Below, piece by piece: positions 1 through 8,489 of a DNA stretch of 64,000 nt. The notes beneath the pieces were generated by a model. The model did no database searches and was not told the DNA's origin. It was given only the letters and a program-made list of their open reading frames with translations. Origin of the DNA: Bacilli bacterium (GTDB lineage: Bacteria; Bacillota_I; Bacilli_A; RF39; UBA660); NCBI GenBank assembly GCA_051872765.1, contig JBJEED010000008.1:6237-70236 (forward strand), read 5' to 3'. A program made the translations under genes and the position numbers. Within the stretch, counting starts at the first letter, position 1. Every line of letters begins with the position of its first letter.

Positions 1-1
1 A

Positions 2-460
2 ATTAGAAAACTTATTATTGTATTAGATAATCTTAGGGATAGTAATAGAAAAAGTTATTTAAATTCTGAAATACAAAGAGATTATGTTATTAATGAAATA
101 AATGATTTATTAATTTTATTAAAAAGAAGAAATGAATGGTTATTAAATAAAATTAGAAATGGTGTTGCTCATAAAAATATTAATTTTGAAGTAGATGGTT
201 ATATAGAAATATTTGATAGAAAAGATAATAGAAATGATGAAGATAGAGATTTTGAATGTAGAATAAGTGTTGAAAATATGGATGATCTTTTAAAACAAAT
301 TGAAAGTCAATCTCAAGAACAATATGAATTATCAGTTGATGATGTTATTAAAGAATTAGAAAGTATAGTAGGAGATATGCAATCATTAGATAATGTAAAA
401 ATATATTTAAAAACTATATTAGATTTTTTGAATGTCAGAGAGAAACCCGTGAATTTATAA
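2..460 (+). CDS. 3' part of a gene truncated by the window edge. The protein carries an Rx4H (RNGVAH) HEPN-like motif and may be an Abi-type protein.
   Basis: Frame 2 is open from nt 2 to the TAA at 458-460. The ORF track reports only the part after the internal Met at 278. Translation reads ...EWLLNKIRNGVAHKNINFEVDGYIEIFDRKDN..., with RNGVAH encoded at 155-172. Confidence 0.5.
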   Translation: MRKLIIVLDNLRDSNRKSYLNSEIQRDYVINEINDLLILLKRRNEWLLNKIRNGVAHKNINFEVDGYIEIFDRKDNRNDEDRDFECRISVENMDDLLKQIESQSQEQYELSVDDVIKELESIVGDMQSLDNVKIYLKTILDFLNVREKPVNL

Positions 461-632
461 AATTAAAAAGAAATTAAATTTGTGAAAATTTAAAAGAAAA
501 TAGTGTAAAGAATGTAGTTGAAAAAGTTTACTTATTTACAAGTTCCTATAAAAAAAATTTTATATTCCATTTAAAAGAGTTGATAATTGGTTACAAGTTT
601 ATGAGTTATTAAAAAGAGATTAAGGTGAAATT

Positions 633-1352
633 ATGGATGAATTATTAATAATAGCAGGACCATGTGCGGTTGAATCAGAGGATCAAATTATAAGAATTGC
701 AAAAAAATTAAAAAAATTAGGTATTAATTATTTAAGAGGAGGAGCGTTTAAGCCTAGAACCAATCCTGATAGTTTTCAGGGTTTAGGGGATGAAGGAATC
801 GAATATTTACTTGAGGCAAAAAAAGAAACTGGTATAAAAATAGTCACTGAACTTATGACTATTGAGCAAGTTAAAAAATTTGCTAATGTTATAGATATAA
901 TACAAATAGGTAGTAGAAATATGTATAATTATGAGTTATTAAAAGAATTAAGTAAATATGATAAACCAGTTATATTAAAAAGAGCATTTTCAGCTACATA
1001 TAATGAATGGATAAATGCTTCAAAATATATAAATAATTCTAAAGTTATATTATGTGAAAGAGGTATTAGAAACTTTGATAATTCCACAAGAAATACACTA
1101 GACATACAAAGTATACCTTATATAAAAAATAACACAAATAACAAGATTATAATAGATCCAAGTCATGCATCAGGACTATCTTATATGATAAAGCCTATGT
1201 CTTTAGCATCTATAGTAGCAGGTGCAGATGGACTTATTATTGAAGTGCATGATAAAAAAGATGAAGCACTTTGTGATAAAGAACAAGCAATAACTATAGA
1301 AGAATTAGAAGAAATATTAAATGATATAAGAAGAATAAAAGAGGTAATATGA
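633..1352 (+). CDS. aroF: 3-deoxy-7-phosphoheptulonate (DAHP) synthase, type I-beta
   Basis: LIIAGPCAVESEDQ, LRGGAFKPRTNPDSFQGLGDEG, IQIGSRNMYNYELLKE, ILCERGIRNFDNSTRNTLD and IIDPSHASG match the class I-beta DAHPS core. An SD-like aaggtga lies upstream. Confidence 0.85.
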   Translation: MDELLIIAGPCAVESEDQIIRIAKKLKKLGINYLRGGAFKPRTNPDSFQGLGDEGIEYLLEAKKETGIKIVTELMTIEQVKKFANVIDIIQIGSRNMYNYELLKELSKYDKPVILKRAFSATYNEWINASKYINNSKVILCERGIRNFDNSTRNTLDIQSIPYIKNNTNNKIIIDPSHASGLSYMIKPMSLASIVAGADGLIIEVHDKKDEALCDKEQAITIEELEEILNDIRRIKEVI

Positions 1353-1849
1353 AAATAAGTGATTTATATTGTGCAAATGAAAATGTTGATTTAGATGATT
1401 ATTTAAAATTATATAAATACATAAAAGATAACATGGAAAATTCTAGTTGGCTAGGAGATTTTACTAAAGAAGAAATAGAAGAATTATTAAAAGTAGGAGC
1501 TAAAATATGGTTATATTACAATAATAATGATCTAGTATGTTCTATGTTTATGCTTCCTTCTAGTAATAAAACATTAAATAAAAATAATGTATTTTATGAC
1601 GAAAAAGTATGTGCTTCTTTAGGACCAATTATGGTAAGTAAAAATTATGTTGGAAATAATCTACAATTTCAAATGATGGAAGAGTTAGAGAGATATTGTA
1701 AAACTAATAATTACAAATATATATTTACCAAAGTTGCAAGTGATAATAAATATTCATTATCTAATATGTTAAAGTTTGGATTTAAAATTACAAATGAATA
1801 TATTAATGAAAGAGGTAAGAATACTACACTAATTAAAGAAGTTAGATAA
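1349..1849 (+). CDS. GNAT-family N-acetyltransferase (probable)
   Basis: ATGA overlap with aroF. The region VSKNYVGNNLQFQMMEELERYC...NMLKFGFKI resembles the GNAT acetyl-CoA-binding motif A. Confidence 0.55.
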   Translation: MKISDLYCANENVDLDDYLKLYKYIKDNMENSSWLGDFTKEEIEELLKVGAKIWLYYNNNDLVCSMFMLPSSNKTLNKNNVFYDEKVCASLGPIMVSKNYVGNNLQFQMMEELERYCKTNNYKYIFTKVASDNKYSLSNMLKFGFKITNEYINERGKNTTLIKEVR

Positions 1850-2141
1850 TAATTTATATGATGATTTGATATTTTACGATATGTATAATTTTGAGGATAA
1901 GATTGTGTCATTAAAAGAGTTCCAGTAGAATTAGAAAAATATAGAAAATTAAAAGAAGAATTAGTTAGTAAATATATTGATAATAGAAGGATGTAGTACA
2001 AGATGCAATCAATAATAAAAATAATTGAATAAAAAACTAGTCTTTTATTCAAAATATTGACTGCAAATTAAAAAGAAATTAAATCTTTAATAATTTCTTT
2101 TTTTATGATATAATATGTAAAGTTTTTAGTGGAGGAATAGT

Positions 2142-4142
2142 ATGAGTGATTTAACTAAAATAAAAGGGTTAGGACCAAAGACCTTAGAGATACTTAGTAA
2201 TATAGGTATAAATACTATGGATGATTTAGTTAATTATTATCCATATAGGCATGATATAATAGTTTTAAATGATATTAAAGAAGCAAAAAATCAAGATAAA
2301 GTAACTATAGAATGTATAGTAGATTCGGTTCCACTAACAAGAAGATTTAAGGCTAATATGACATCATTAACTTTTAGAGCAATGTCTTCCAAAAAGATGA
2401 TAGCGGTTGTAATATTTAATCGTGCTTTTTTAAAAACTCATATTAAACCAGGTGCAGTTATTACAGTTATTGGTAAATATGATGCATTAAGAAATACAGT
2501 AGTAGCATCAGATATCAAATTTGAAAAGTTAGTAACTGGAAGTATAGAAAGTGTTTATCATTTAACAAGTGGACTTACATCAAAATCATTAAAAAAATAT
2601 ATAAATGAAGCATTACTTGTGTATGATGATTATATTGATTACATACCAGATTATTTGAATAAAAAATATAATTTTATAGATAAGAAAAGTGCTGTTAAGA
2701 TGATACATGAACCTAAAAATGAGGATGAAGTAAAACAAGCAATGGTAAAACTTAAATATGAAGAATTATTTAAATTTATGTTTAAAATTAATTATTTAAA
2801 AGAAATAAATAAAGAAAATAAAACAGGATATATTAGAAATATAGATCCATCTGATGTAGATGATTTTATTAGAATGCTTCCATTTGAATTAACAGTAGAT
2901 CAAGATAAAGCAATAGAAGAAATATATAAGGATATGACATCTTGTAAAAGAATGAATAGGATGCTTCAGGGTGATGTTGGTAGTGGTAAAACAATAGTAG
3001 CAGTTATTGCTTCATATATAAATTATTTATCTAAAAATCAAACAGCTCTTATGGCTCCAACTGAAGTACTTGCTACTCAACATTATGAATCAATTAAAGT
3101 GTTACTTGAAAATACTAATATGAGAGTAGGATTACTTGTTGGTAGTATGAAGAAGAAAGATAAAGATGAAGTAGTAGAAAAACTAAAAAGCGGAAAAATT
3201 GATTTATTAATAGGAACTCATGCACTGCTTAGTGAAAATGTTATTTTTAAGAATTTAGGTCTTGTTATAACTGATGAACAACATAGATTTGGTGTAAATC
3301 AAAGAGCTAATTTAAAAAATAAAGGTTTGCTTCCAGATATATTATATATGTCTGCAACACCAATACCAAGAACATTTGCATTAACTATATATGGTGATAT
3401 GGATATATCAAATATTAAAACTAAACCTAAGGGTAGACGTGAGATAAAAACTATTATTAAGAGTGAAAAAGAATTAGTAAGTGTCTATGAACTTATGAAA
3501 AAAGAAATAGAAAACTCTCATCAAATATATATAGTATCTCCATTAATTGAAGAAAGTGATACTATAGATTTAACAACTGTAAATGAAATAAAAAGAAATA
3601 TAGAACTTTATTTTCAAGGTAAAGTAAAAAGTTCTATAATGCATGGTAAATTATCTCGTAATGATAAAGAAAAAATAATGAATGAATTTAAAGAAGGAAA
3701 AACTAATGTATTAATATCAACTACGGTTATTGAAGTAGGAATAGATGTAAAGAATGCTACTATGATAGTTATTTATGATGCAGAAAGATTTGGACTTGCA
3801 ACATTACATCAATTAAGAGGAAGAGTTGGAAGAAATGAATTTGAATCAACATGTGTATTAATCGGGAATGAAGATTGTGAAAGATTAAGAGTTTTACAAG
3901 AGAGTAACGATGGATTTTATATAACAGAAAAAGATTATGAAATGCGTGGAGAAGGAGATTTATTTGGCGTAAAACAAAGTGGCGATATGGAATTTAAGAT
4001 TGCTAATTTACATCAAGATATGAAGATATTATTACAAGCTAAAGCAGATTCTAAAGATTTTTTAGATGAAAATATTAAGAATAATTTTGAAAATTATATA
4101 GAGTATGCTAAAATAATAAATGAACTTACAAATTTAGATTAA
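2142..4142 (+). CDS. recG: ATP-dependent DNA helicase RecG
   Basis: Wedge/OB N-terminus. Helicase motifs: LQGDVGSGKT (Walker A), ITDEQHRFGV (DEQH), MSATPIPRT, and HQLRGRVGRNEFES (motif VI). Confidence 0.95.
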   Translation: MSDLTKIKGLGPKTLEILSNIGINTMDDLVNYYPYRHDIIVLNDIKEAKNQDKVTIECIVDSVPLTRRFKANMTSLTFRAMSSKKMIAVVIFNRAFLKTHIKPGAVITVIGKYDALRNTVVASDIKFEKLVTGSIESVYHLTSGLTSKSLKKYINEALLVYDDYIDYIPDYLNKKYNFIDKKSAVKMIHEPKNEDEVKQAMVKLKYEELFKFMFKINYLKEINKENKTGYIRNIDPSDVDDFIRMLPFELTVDQDKAIEEIYKDMTSCKRMNRMLQGDVGSGKTIVAVIASYINYLSKNQTALMAPTEVLATQHYESIKVLLENTNMRVGLLVGSMKKKDKDEVVEKLKSGKIDLLIGTHALLSENVIFKNLGLVITDEQHRFGVNQRANLKNKGLLPDILYMSATPIPRTFALTIYGDMDISNIKTKPKGRREIKTIIKSEKELVSVYELMKKEIENSHQIYIVSPLIEESDTIDLTTVNEIKRNIELYFQGKVKSSIMHGKLSRNDKEKIMNEFKEGKTNVLISTTVIEVGIDVKNATMIVIYDAERFGLATLHQLRGRVGRNEFESTCVLIGNEDCERLRVLQESNDGFYITEKDYEMRGEGDLFGVKQSGDMEFKIANLHQDMKILLQAKADSKDFLDENIKNNFENYIEYAKIINELTNLD

Positions 4143-4158
4143 TTAAGGAGGGATAATC

Positions 4159-4875
4159 ATGGGAAGAGCTCATGAAGTAAGAGCAAAGGCAATGGCTGCT
4201 ACTGCGGCTAAAAAGTCAAAATTATATTCAATTTATGCAAAAGAAATTATAAAGGCGGCTAAGAGTAATCCAGACCCTGTTAGTAATGATGCTTTAAGAA
4301 GAATTATAGAAAAAGCAAAAAAAGAACAAGTGCCATCAGATGTAATTAATAGAAACTTAGATAAAGCTAAAAAAGGCGAAGGGGAAAATTATGAAACTGT
4401 AGAATACGAAGTATTCGCACAAGGTGGAAGTAATTTAATAGTTAAATGTTTAACTGATAATCCAAATAGAACAATTACTTTTGTTAAAACAGTACTTAAT
4501 AAGTGCGGAGGTAAAATGGCTACTCAAGGTGCAGTTAGTTTTATGTATGAACATTTAGGCGTTGTTGGAATTAAAAATCATAGTGAAGAAGAAGTAATGG
4601 ATGCACTTATTAATGGAGATATTGATGCTAATGATATTGAAGTTGAAGATGATGGAACAATAGTTGTTTATACTGAAGTATCTGACTTAAATAATGCTAA
4701 AAAAGCACTTGAAAATGCATTTGAAGGAATAACATTTGAATTAGATGAAATATCTTATTTTGCTAAAGATACTATTCATCTAGAAGGTGAAGAAAAAGAA
4801 AAATTTGAAAGATTACTTACTATGCTTGATGATATAGATGATGTAAGTAATGTTTATCATAATGTAGAGTTGTAA
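4159..4875 (+). CDS. yebC: YebC/PmpR-family transcriptional regulator / translation factor
   Basis: MGRAHEVRAKAMAATAAKKSK..., LRRIIEKAKKEQVPSDVINRNLDKA, YEVFAQGG, LTDNPNRT. Strong SD ggaggg upstream. Confidence 0.85.
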   Translation: MGRAHEVRAKAMAATAAKKSKLYSIYAKEIIKAAKSNPDPVSNDALRRIIEKAKKEQVPSDVINRNLDKAKKGEGENYETVEYEVFAQGGSNLIVKCLTDNPNRTITFVKTVLNKCGGKMATQGAVSFMYEHLGVVGIKNHSEEEVMDALINGDIDANDIEVEDDGTIVVYTEVSDLNNAKKALENAFEGITFELDEISYFAKDTIHLEGEEKEKFERLLTMLDDIDDVSNVYHNVEL

Positions 4876-4914
4876 AAACTCTATTTTTTATGGTATTATA
4901 ATATTGGTGATAAT

Positions 4915-5211
4915 ATGAAGTTTAAAGATAAAAGAAATGATGATTTGATAGATGAATATAATTCAATAAGATTTAATCCTAATGTTATTGGTTATGGTAG
5001 AATAATAAGTAGAGAAGCTAGCGAAGAGAAAAAAGATTTTGCAATAGCATCTATATTATCTCTTATGAGTATGTGTGGTTATTATGATGAAATTGTTAGA
5101 GACAATAGTAATCTTAGCGAAATGGATGTTGTTAAAAAAATGATAAATAATGCTAAAGAAAAAATAGAACAATATAATCATGAAAGTCAAGAATTAAGAG
5201 GTAGATTATGA
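4915..5211 (+). CDS. hypothetical protein (98 aa)
   Basis: ORF with codon usage like its neighbours. ATGA-coupled to the next ORF. No motif recognised. Confidence 0.45.
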   Translation: MKFKDKRNDDLIDEYNSIRFNPNVIGYGRIISREASEEKKDFAIASILSLMSMCGYYDEIVRDNSNLSEMDVVKKMINNAKEKIEQYNHESQELRGRL

Positions 5212-5471
5212 GTATTAAAATAGATGATGTTATTGAATTTAATAATGGAGAGTATTTAGTTTTAGATGTAATTAATAGAAACGATAATACTTATTTGTAT
5301 CTTATAAATAATCATGAGTTTTTAAATGATATATCTATAACAAAAGTTATTAACAAAGAAGGAAGATATGAATTTGCTAATATAGATGATAATAGTGAAT
5401 TTGATTTTGTTATGAATAAAATATTTTTAGATTTAAGTGATGATATATTAGAATTAGTTGGTGATGAATAA
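5208..5471 (+). CDS. small acidic protein, possibly DUF1292-like
   Basis: 87 aa, acidic. The pattern IKIDDVIEFNNGEYLVLDV...YLYLIN...ITKVINKEG..EFANIDDNSEFDFV resembles the Firmicute DUF1292 family. This is a weak, by-eye call. Confidence 0.45.
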   Translation: MSIKIDDVIEFNNGEYLVLDVINRNDNTYLYLINNHEFLNDISITKVINKEGRYEFANIDDNSEFDFVMNKIFLDLSDDILELVGDE

Positions 5472-5502
5472 AACTTAAGTATTTAAATATGCTTAAGTTT
5501 TT
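5471..5502 (+). terminator. rho-independent terminator closing the yebC / small-ORF unit
   Basis: aaacttaag (5471-5479) pairs with cttaagttt (5492-5500), followed by T residues. Confidence 0.7.
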
Positions 5503-5582
5503 ATTGGATTTAAACTAATATTTAATTATCATATTAAAGCATAATTTTTTAAATAATAATACTTTTATTTAAGTAAGAAGTG

Positions 5583-5591
5583 TGCTATAAT
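5583..5591 (+). promoter_or_regulatory. candidate extended -10 promoter (TGcTATAAT) for the T4SS operon
   Basis: tgctataat lies 35 nt upstream of the ATG at 5626. SD gggag precedes the start. Confidence 0.4.
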
Positions 5592-5625
5592 TTTACATAT
5601 AAAAAGTTGAATAGGGAGTGAAACT

Positions 5626-7599
5626 ATGACGTTTGAGATGTTTTTTTCATCATTTTTTACGACATTATGGTCATGGGATTTGGGAATAGTTAATACTATA
5701 CTATTATTTTTTGACGGAATAATCTATGATTTAGTTGCAAAGATATATGAATTATTTACATTAGTAAGTCAATTGAATTTTAATTATTTAGGGGCAATTA
5801 TTGCACCATTGATAGATAGGATACAAGCAGTAATAATGGTTTTTATTATGTTTAAATTAGGTATTGCGCTTATTCAACTTATGATAAATCCTGATGATGC
5901 CCCTAAAACCGGGCCAAAATTAATAAAAAATATATTTATTGTAGGAGCAATGCTTACCTGCTATAATTTAGTATTTAGTGCTTTAAATGAATTTAGTATG
6001 TTAATAATTGGTGTTCCAGAAAATTATTCATTTACTACATTAAATAGATTAGCGGGTGTTACTAATACTACTGATGATAATGAAGGCTTAATAAACAGAT
6101 TTATATTTGGAAAAGATTTTAATAATGTAGAAATAGGAGATTTCCTTGCATTTGAGACTCTTAGTATATTTATTAGAGATGCAAAAGATGAAACACAATC
6201 TACAATACTTGAAAAAACTATTGCTGATGGAGATGGTTATAATTTTAATAAGGTAAGTAACTTAAGTAACCAAGTTGGAAAAGATGTTTTATATTCTCCA
6301 TTTGTAAGTGGCTTGGTCGGATTATATGTTATTTATTGTATTGGTTCAGTAACTATTGAAGTAGCAGTGAGAATGTTTAAATTAATGGTTCTACAATTAT
6401 TAGCACCAATAGCTATTATTTCAAAACTAAATGAAAAAGAAAATATGTTTAATAATTTTGTTAAAACATATATACAGGTATATATGTCGGCATTTATTAG
6501 AATAGCAACGGTATTAATAATTAATGTATTTGTTGGAAAATTTATTATTAATATTGATGACTTTTTTGGTGGAACATTATCAGATGCCACTGGATTTGGA
6601 ACAAAAATGTTTTTAACACTTATAATTATCATAGCGGGATATACGTTTGCTAAGTCATTACCTGATTTTATTAAACAAATTACAGGAAAAGAAATTGGAA
6701 AGACAGATAAATCATTTGGTAATTTGATTGGTTCTATGGCTGGAATAGGTATTGGAGGCGTTGCTGGTCTTGCAGCTGGTATATCATCTGGTGCAGGAGT
6801 CGCTGGAACAATAGCGAATATGGGAGCAGGTGCTTTCAGTGGTGGAGTTAATGGATTCAAAGGTAATAATATTTCAGAAAAAATTAAAAATATGTCTGGT
6901 AGTGTTAAGAAAGATATTGCAAGAGCCGATGATTGGGGAAGACGCGGATTTGGCAATGTAGTAGGTGGTGCTGTACATGGTGCTATTGGTACTAAAGGTA
7001 GACAAGATATGCAAATGTATAAGTATGATCAAGCAAGTGGTGCATTAAAAGCATATGATGCGGCACAAATTGAAGCAGTTAAAGATTATAAAGTTGGAGA
7101 TTCAACTACAGGCTTTTCTTGGGGACAAGAGACAATTACAGATGCAAGTGGAAACGAAAGAACAGTAAATGTTGAAGATTACTATTCTAAAGGATATGAG
7201 AGTCTAAAACTTGGAGAAGATAAAGATGCATTTGCAAATCAAATGATAGAGTATGATACAAGTTATATTAATTCTATGGCACATTTAGAAGCTGCAAATG
7301 CTAGTGGAAATGAAGCTGAAATAGAAAGAGCTAAAAAAGAACTTGCAGAGGTAAAGACTGCAAGCTTAGATCGTGCTAAGAATCTTTATGATAGAAATAA
7401 AAATGCGACTAAGAACGATAATATAGATGCTAAGAGAGCTGCAGCAGAAGGTGCTGCTAAGAAAGCTGGAATTGAAATTAAAACGAAAGATGGAGCTATA
7501 GATGTTAAAGGAACAACCAAAGAAATTACCAATAAGAAACATGAACTTGAAAATAAAACATCATATGGTCAAACACATGGTGCTAGCAAAGATAAATAG
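5626..7599 (+). CDS. polytopic membrane protein, VirB6/TrbL-like T4SS channel component, with a Gly-rich segment and a long charged C-terminal tail
   Basis: Multiple hydrophobic spans across aa 1-350. Gly/Ala-rich stretch GSMAGIGIGGVAGLAAGISSGAGVAGTIANMGAGAFSGGVNG. Lys/Ala-rich coiled-coil-like tail. It sits directly upstream of the VirB3/VirB4 homologs. Confidence 0.6.
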   Translation: MTFEMFFSSFFTTLWSWDLGIVNTILLFFDGIIYDLVAKIYELFTLVSQLNFNYLGAIIAPLIDRIQAVIMVFIMFKLGIALIQLMINPDDAPKTGPKLIKNIFIVGAMLTCYNLVFSALNEFSMLIIGVPENYSFTTLNRLAGVTNTTDDNEGLINRFIFGKDFNNVEIGDFLAFETLSIFIRDAKDETQSTILEKTIADGDGYNFNKVSNLSNQVGKDVLYSPFVSGLVGLYVIYCIGSVTIEVAVRMFKLMVLQLLAPIAIISKLNEKENMFNNFVKTYIQVYMSAFIRIATVLIINVFVGKFIINIDDFFGGTLSDATGFGTKMFLTLIIIIAGYTFAKSLPDFIKQITGKEIGKTDKSFGNLIGSMAGIGIGGVAGLAAGISSGAGVAGTIANMGAGAFSGGVNGFKGNNISEKIKNMSGSVKKDIARADDWGRRGFGNVVGGAVHGAIGTKGRQDMQMYKYDQASGALKAYDAAQIEAVKDYKVGDSTTGFSWGQETITDASGNERTVNVEDYYSKGYESLKLGEDKDAFANQMIEYDTSYINSMAHLEAANASGNEAEIERAKKELAEVKTASLDRAKNLYDRNKNATKNDNIDAKRAAAEGAAKKAGIEIKTKDGAIDVKGTTKEITNKKHELENKTSYGQTHGASKDK

Positions 7600-7627
7600 A
7601 ATTTAAGAAAAGAAAGGAAAAAAGAAT

Positions 7628-7963
7628 ATGAATCAATATTTAATACCCGCCAACAGCAAAAAAAGTCAATTAATATTAGGCGTATTCACTATGACTGATT
7701 TATGGATTGCTATAGGTTCTGGAGTTATTTCGCTATTATTAATGCTTGCTATTCCTGGTGATCAATTATATATTTTAGTTATAAAATTACTGCCACTTGC
7801 AACAGGATTACTTCTTGTAGTACCAATACCACATTATCATAATGTTCTTACATTTTTAAGAGAGGTATTACTATTTATAGTTAATGAAAAGGAATATATA
7901 TGGAAAGGATGGTGTGCGACAAGCGATATTTATGGCGAAGAAACTAGAAAAAGCACAAACTGA
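7628..7963 (+). CDS. PrgI/VirB3-like small two-TM T4SS protein
   Basis: 111 aa. The N-terminus YLIPANSKKSQLILGVFTMTDLWIAIGSGV is followed by two hydrophobic helices, as in PrgI/TcpE-type proteins that precede VirB4. Confidence 0.55.
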   Translation: MNQYLIPANSKKSQLILGVFTMTDLWIAIGSGVISLLLMLAIPGDQLYILVIKLLPLATGLLLVVPIPHYHNVLTFLREVLLFIVNEKEYIWKGWCATSDIYGEETRKSTN

Positions 7964-8489
7964 AAGTTGGTTACCTATTAAAGGAATACAAAACGGTGAA
8001 ATTATTTTAGACAATGGAGTTAGAGTTACTGGTGTAAAAGTAAGGCCAAGAAATATATTTATTTTAGATTATAATTCTCAAAATAATGCAATATTTAATT
8101 TAAGAAACTTTTATAATACAATCGATTATCCTTTTTGGTTAATTGTATCTGATAGACCGGTTGATATAAATGTATATCTTGCACAATTAAAATTATTGTA
8201 TAATTCAGTCCAGGCTCAAGCAATTAGAAAATTGGTTAGAGAAGATATTGATAAGGCTAATTTGTTTATGAGTAAGGAAGTTAGTGTTACTGATACTGAG
8301 TACTTTATATTATTTAAAGATAAAAGGCCTGAAATGATACAAAAGAAAATACAAAATTTAGTATCTGGACTTGCTAGTGCAGGATTACAATCTGCTCAAG
8401 TTAGTAATGATGATTTAAGAGTCTTAATAGATGGATTTATGAATGGTGGCGATACCACTAAGTTTGGGACGGTGATGAGTACAATATGA
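7884..8489 (+). CDS. VirB4-family ATPase, N-terminal domain encoded as a separate ORF
   Basis: SWLPIKGIQNGEIILDNGVRVTGVKVRPRNIFILDYNSQNNAIFNLRNFYNTIDYPFWLIV matches the N-terminal module of Firmicute VirB4 (TraE/PrgJ/Orf16-type). The start is uncertain: ATG 7884, GTG 7914 (preceded by SD ggaaagga) or ATG 7932. It overlaps the upstream ORF by 32-80 nt. Confidence 0.6.
   Translation: MKRNIYGKDGVRQAIFMAKKLEKAQTESWLPIKGIQNGEIILDNGVRVTGVKVRPRNIFILDYNSQNNAIFNLRNFYNTIDYPFWLIVSDRPVDINVYLAQLKLLYNSVQAQAIRKLVREDIDKANLFMSKEVSVTDTEYFILFKDKRPEMIQKKIQNLVSGLASAGLQSAQVSNDDLRVLIDGFMNGGDTTKFGTVMSTI

Noticed and set aside
1711-2052. 113-aa minus-strand ORF spanning the GNAT 3' end and the intergenic region. Also a 29-codon coding-looking + strand fragment at 1907-1996 (VIKRVPVELEKYRKLKEELVSKYIDNRRM*).
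   Set aside because: The minus ORF overlaps a supported gene and looks like an AT-rich shadow. The + strand fragment has no start codon or SD. It may be a gene remnant but cannot be supported as a feature.
6333-6956. 207-aa minus-strand ORF, Pro-rich, antisense to the VirB6-like gene
   Set aside because: It lies entirely within the Gly/Ala-rich coding region of 5626-7599. GGN/GCN codons read as Pro/Ala-rich on the opposite strand. It has no SD and its composition is atypical for this genome. It is a shadow ORF.
7884-7963. Long overlap between the PrgI-like ORF and the VirB4 N-domain ORF, considered as a programmed frameshift producing a VirB3-VirB4 fusion
   Set aside because: I could not find a slippery heptamer or stimulatory structure in the overlap. 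Alternative internal starts (GTG 7914 with SD ggaaagga, or ATG 7932) explain the arrangement as ordinary overlapping genes.
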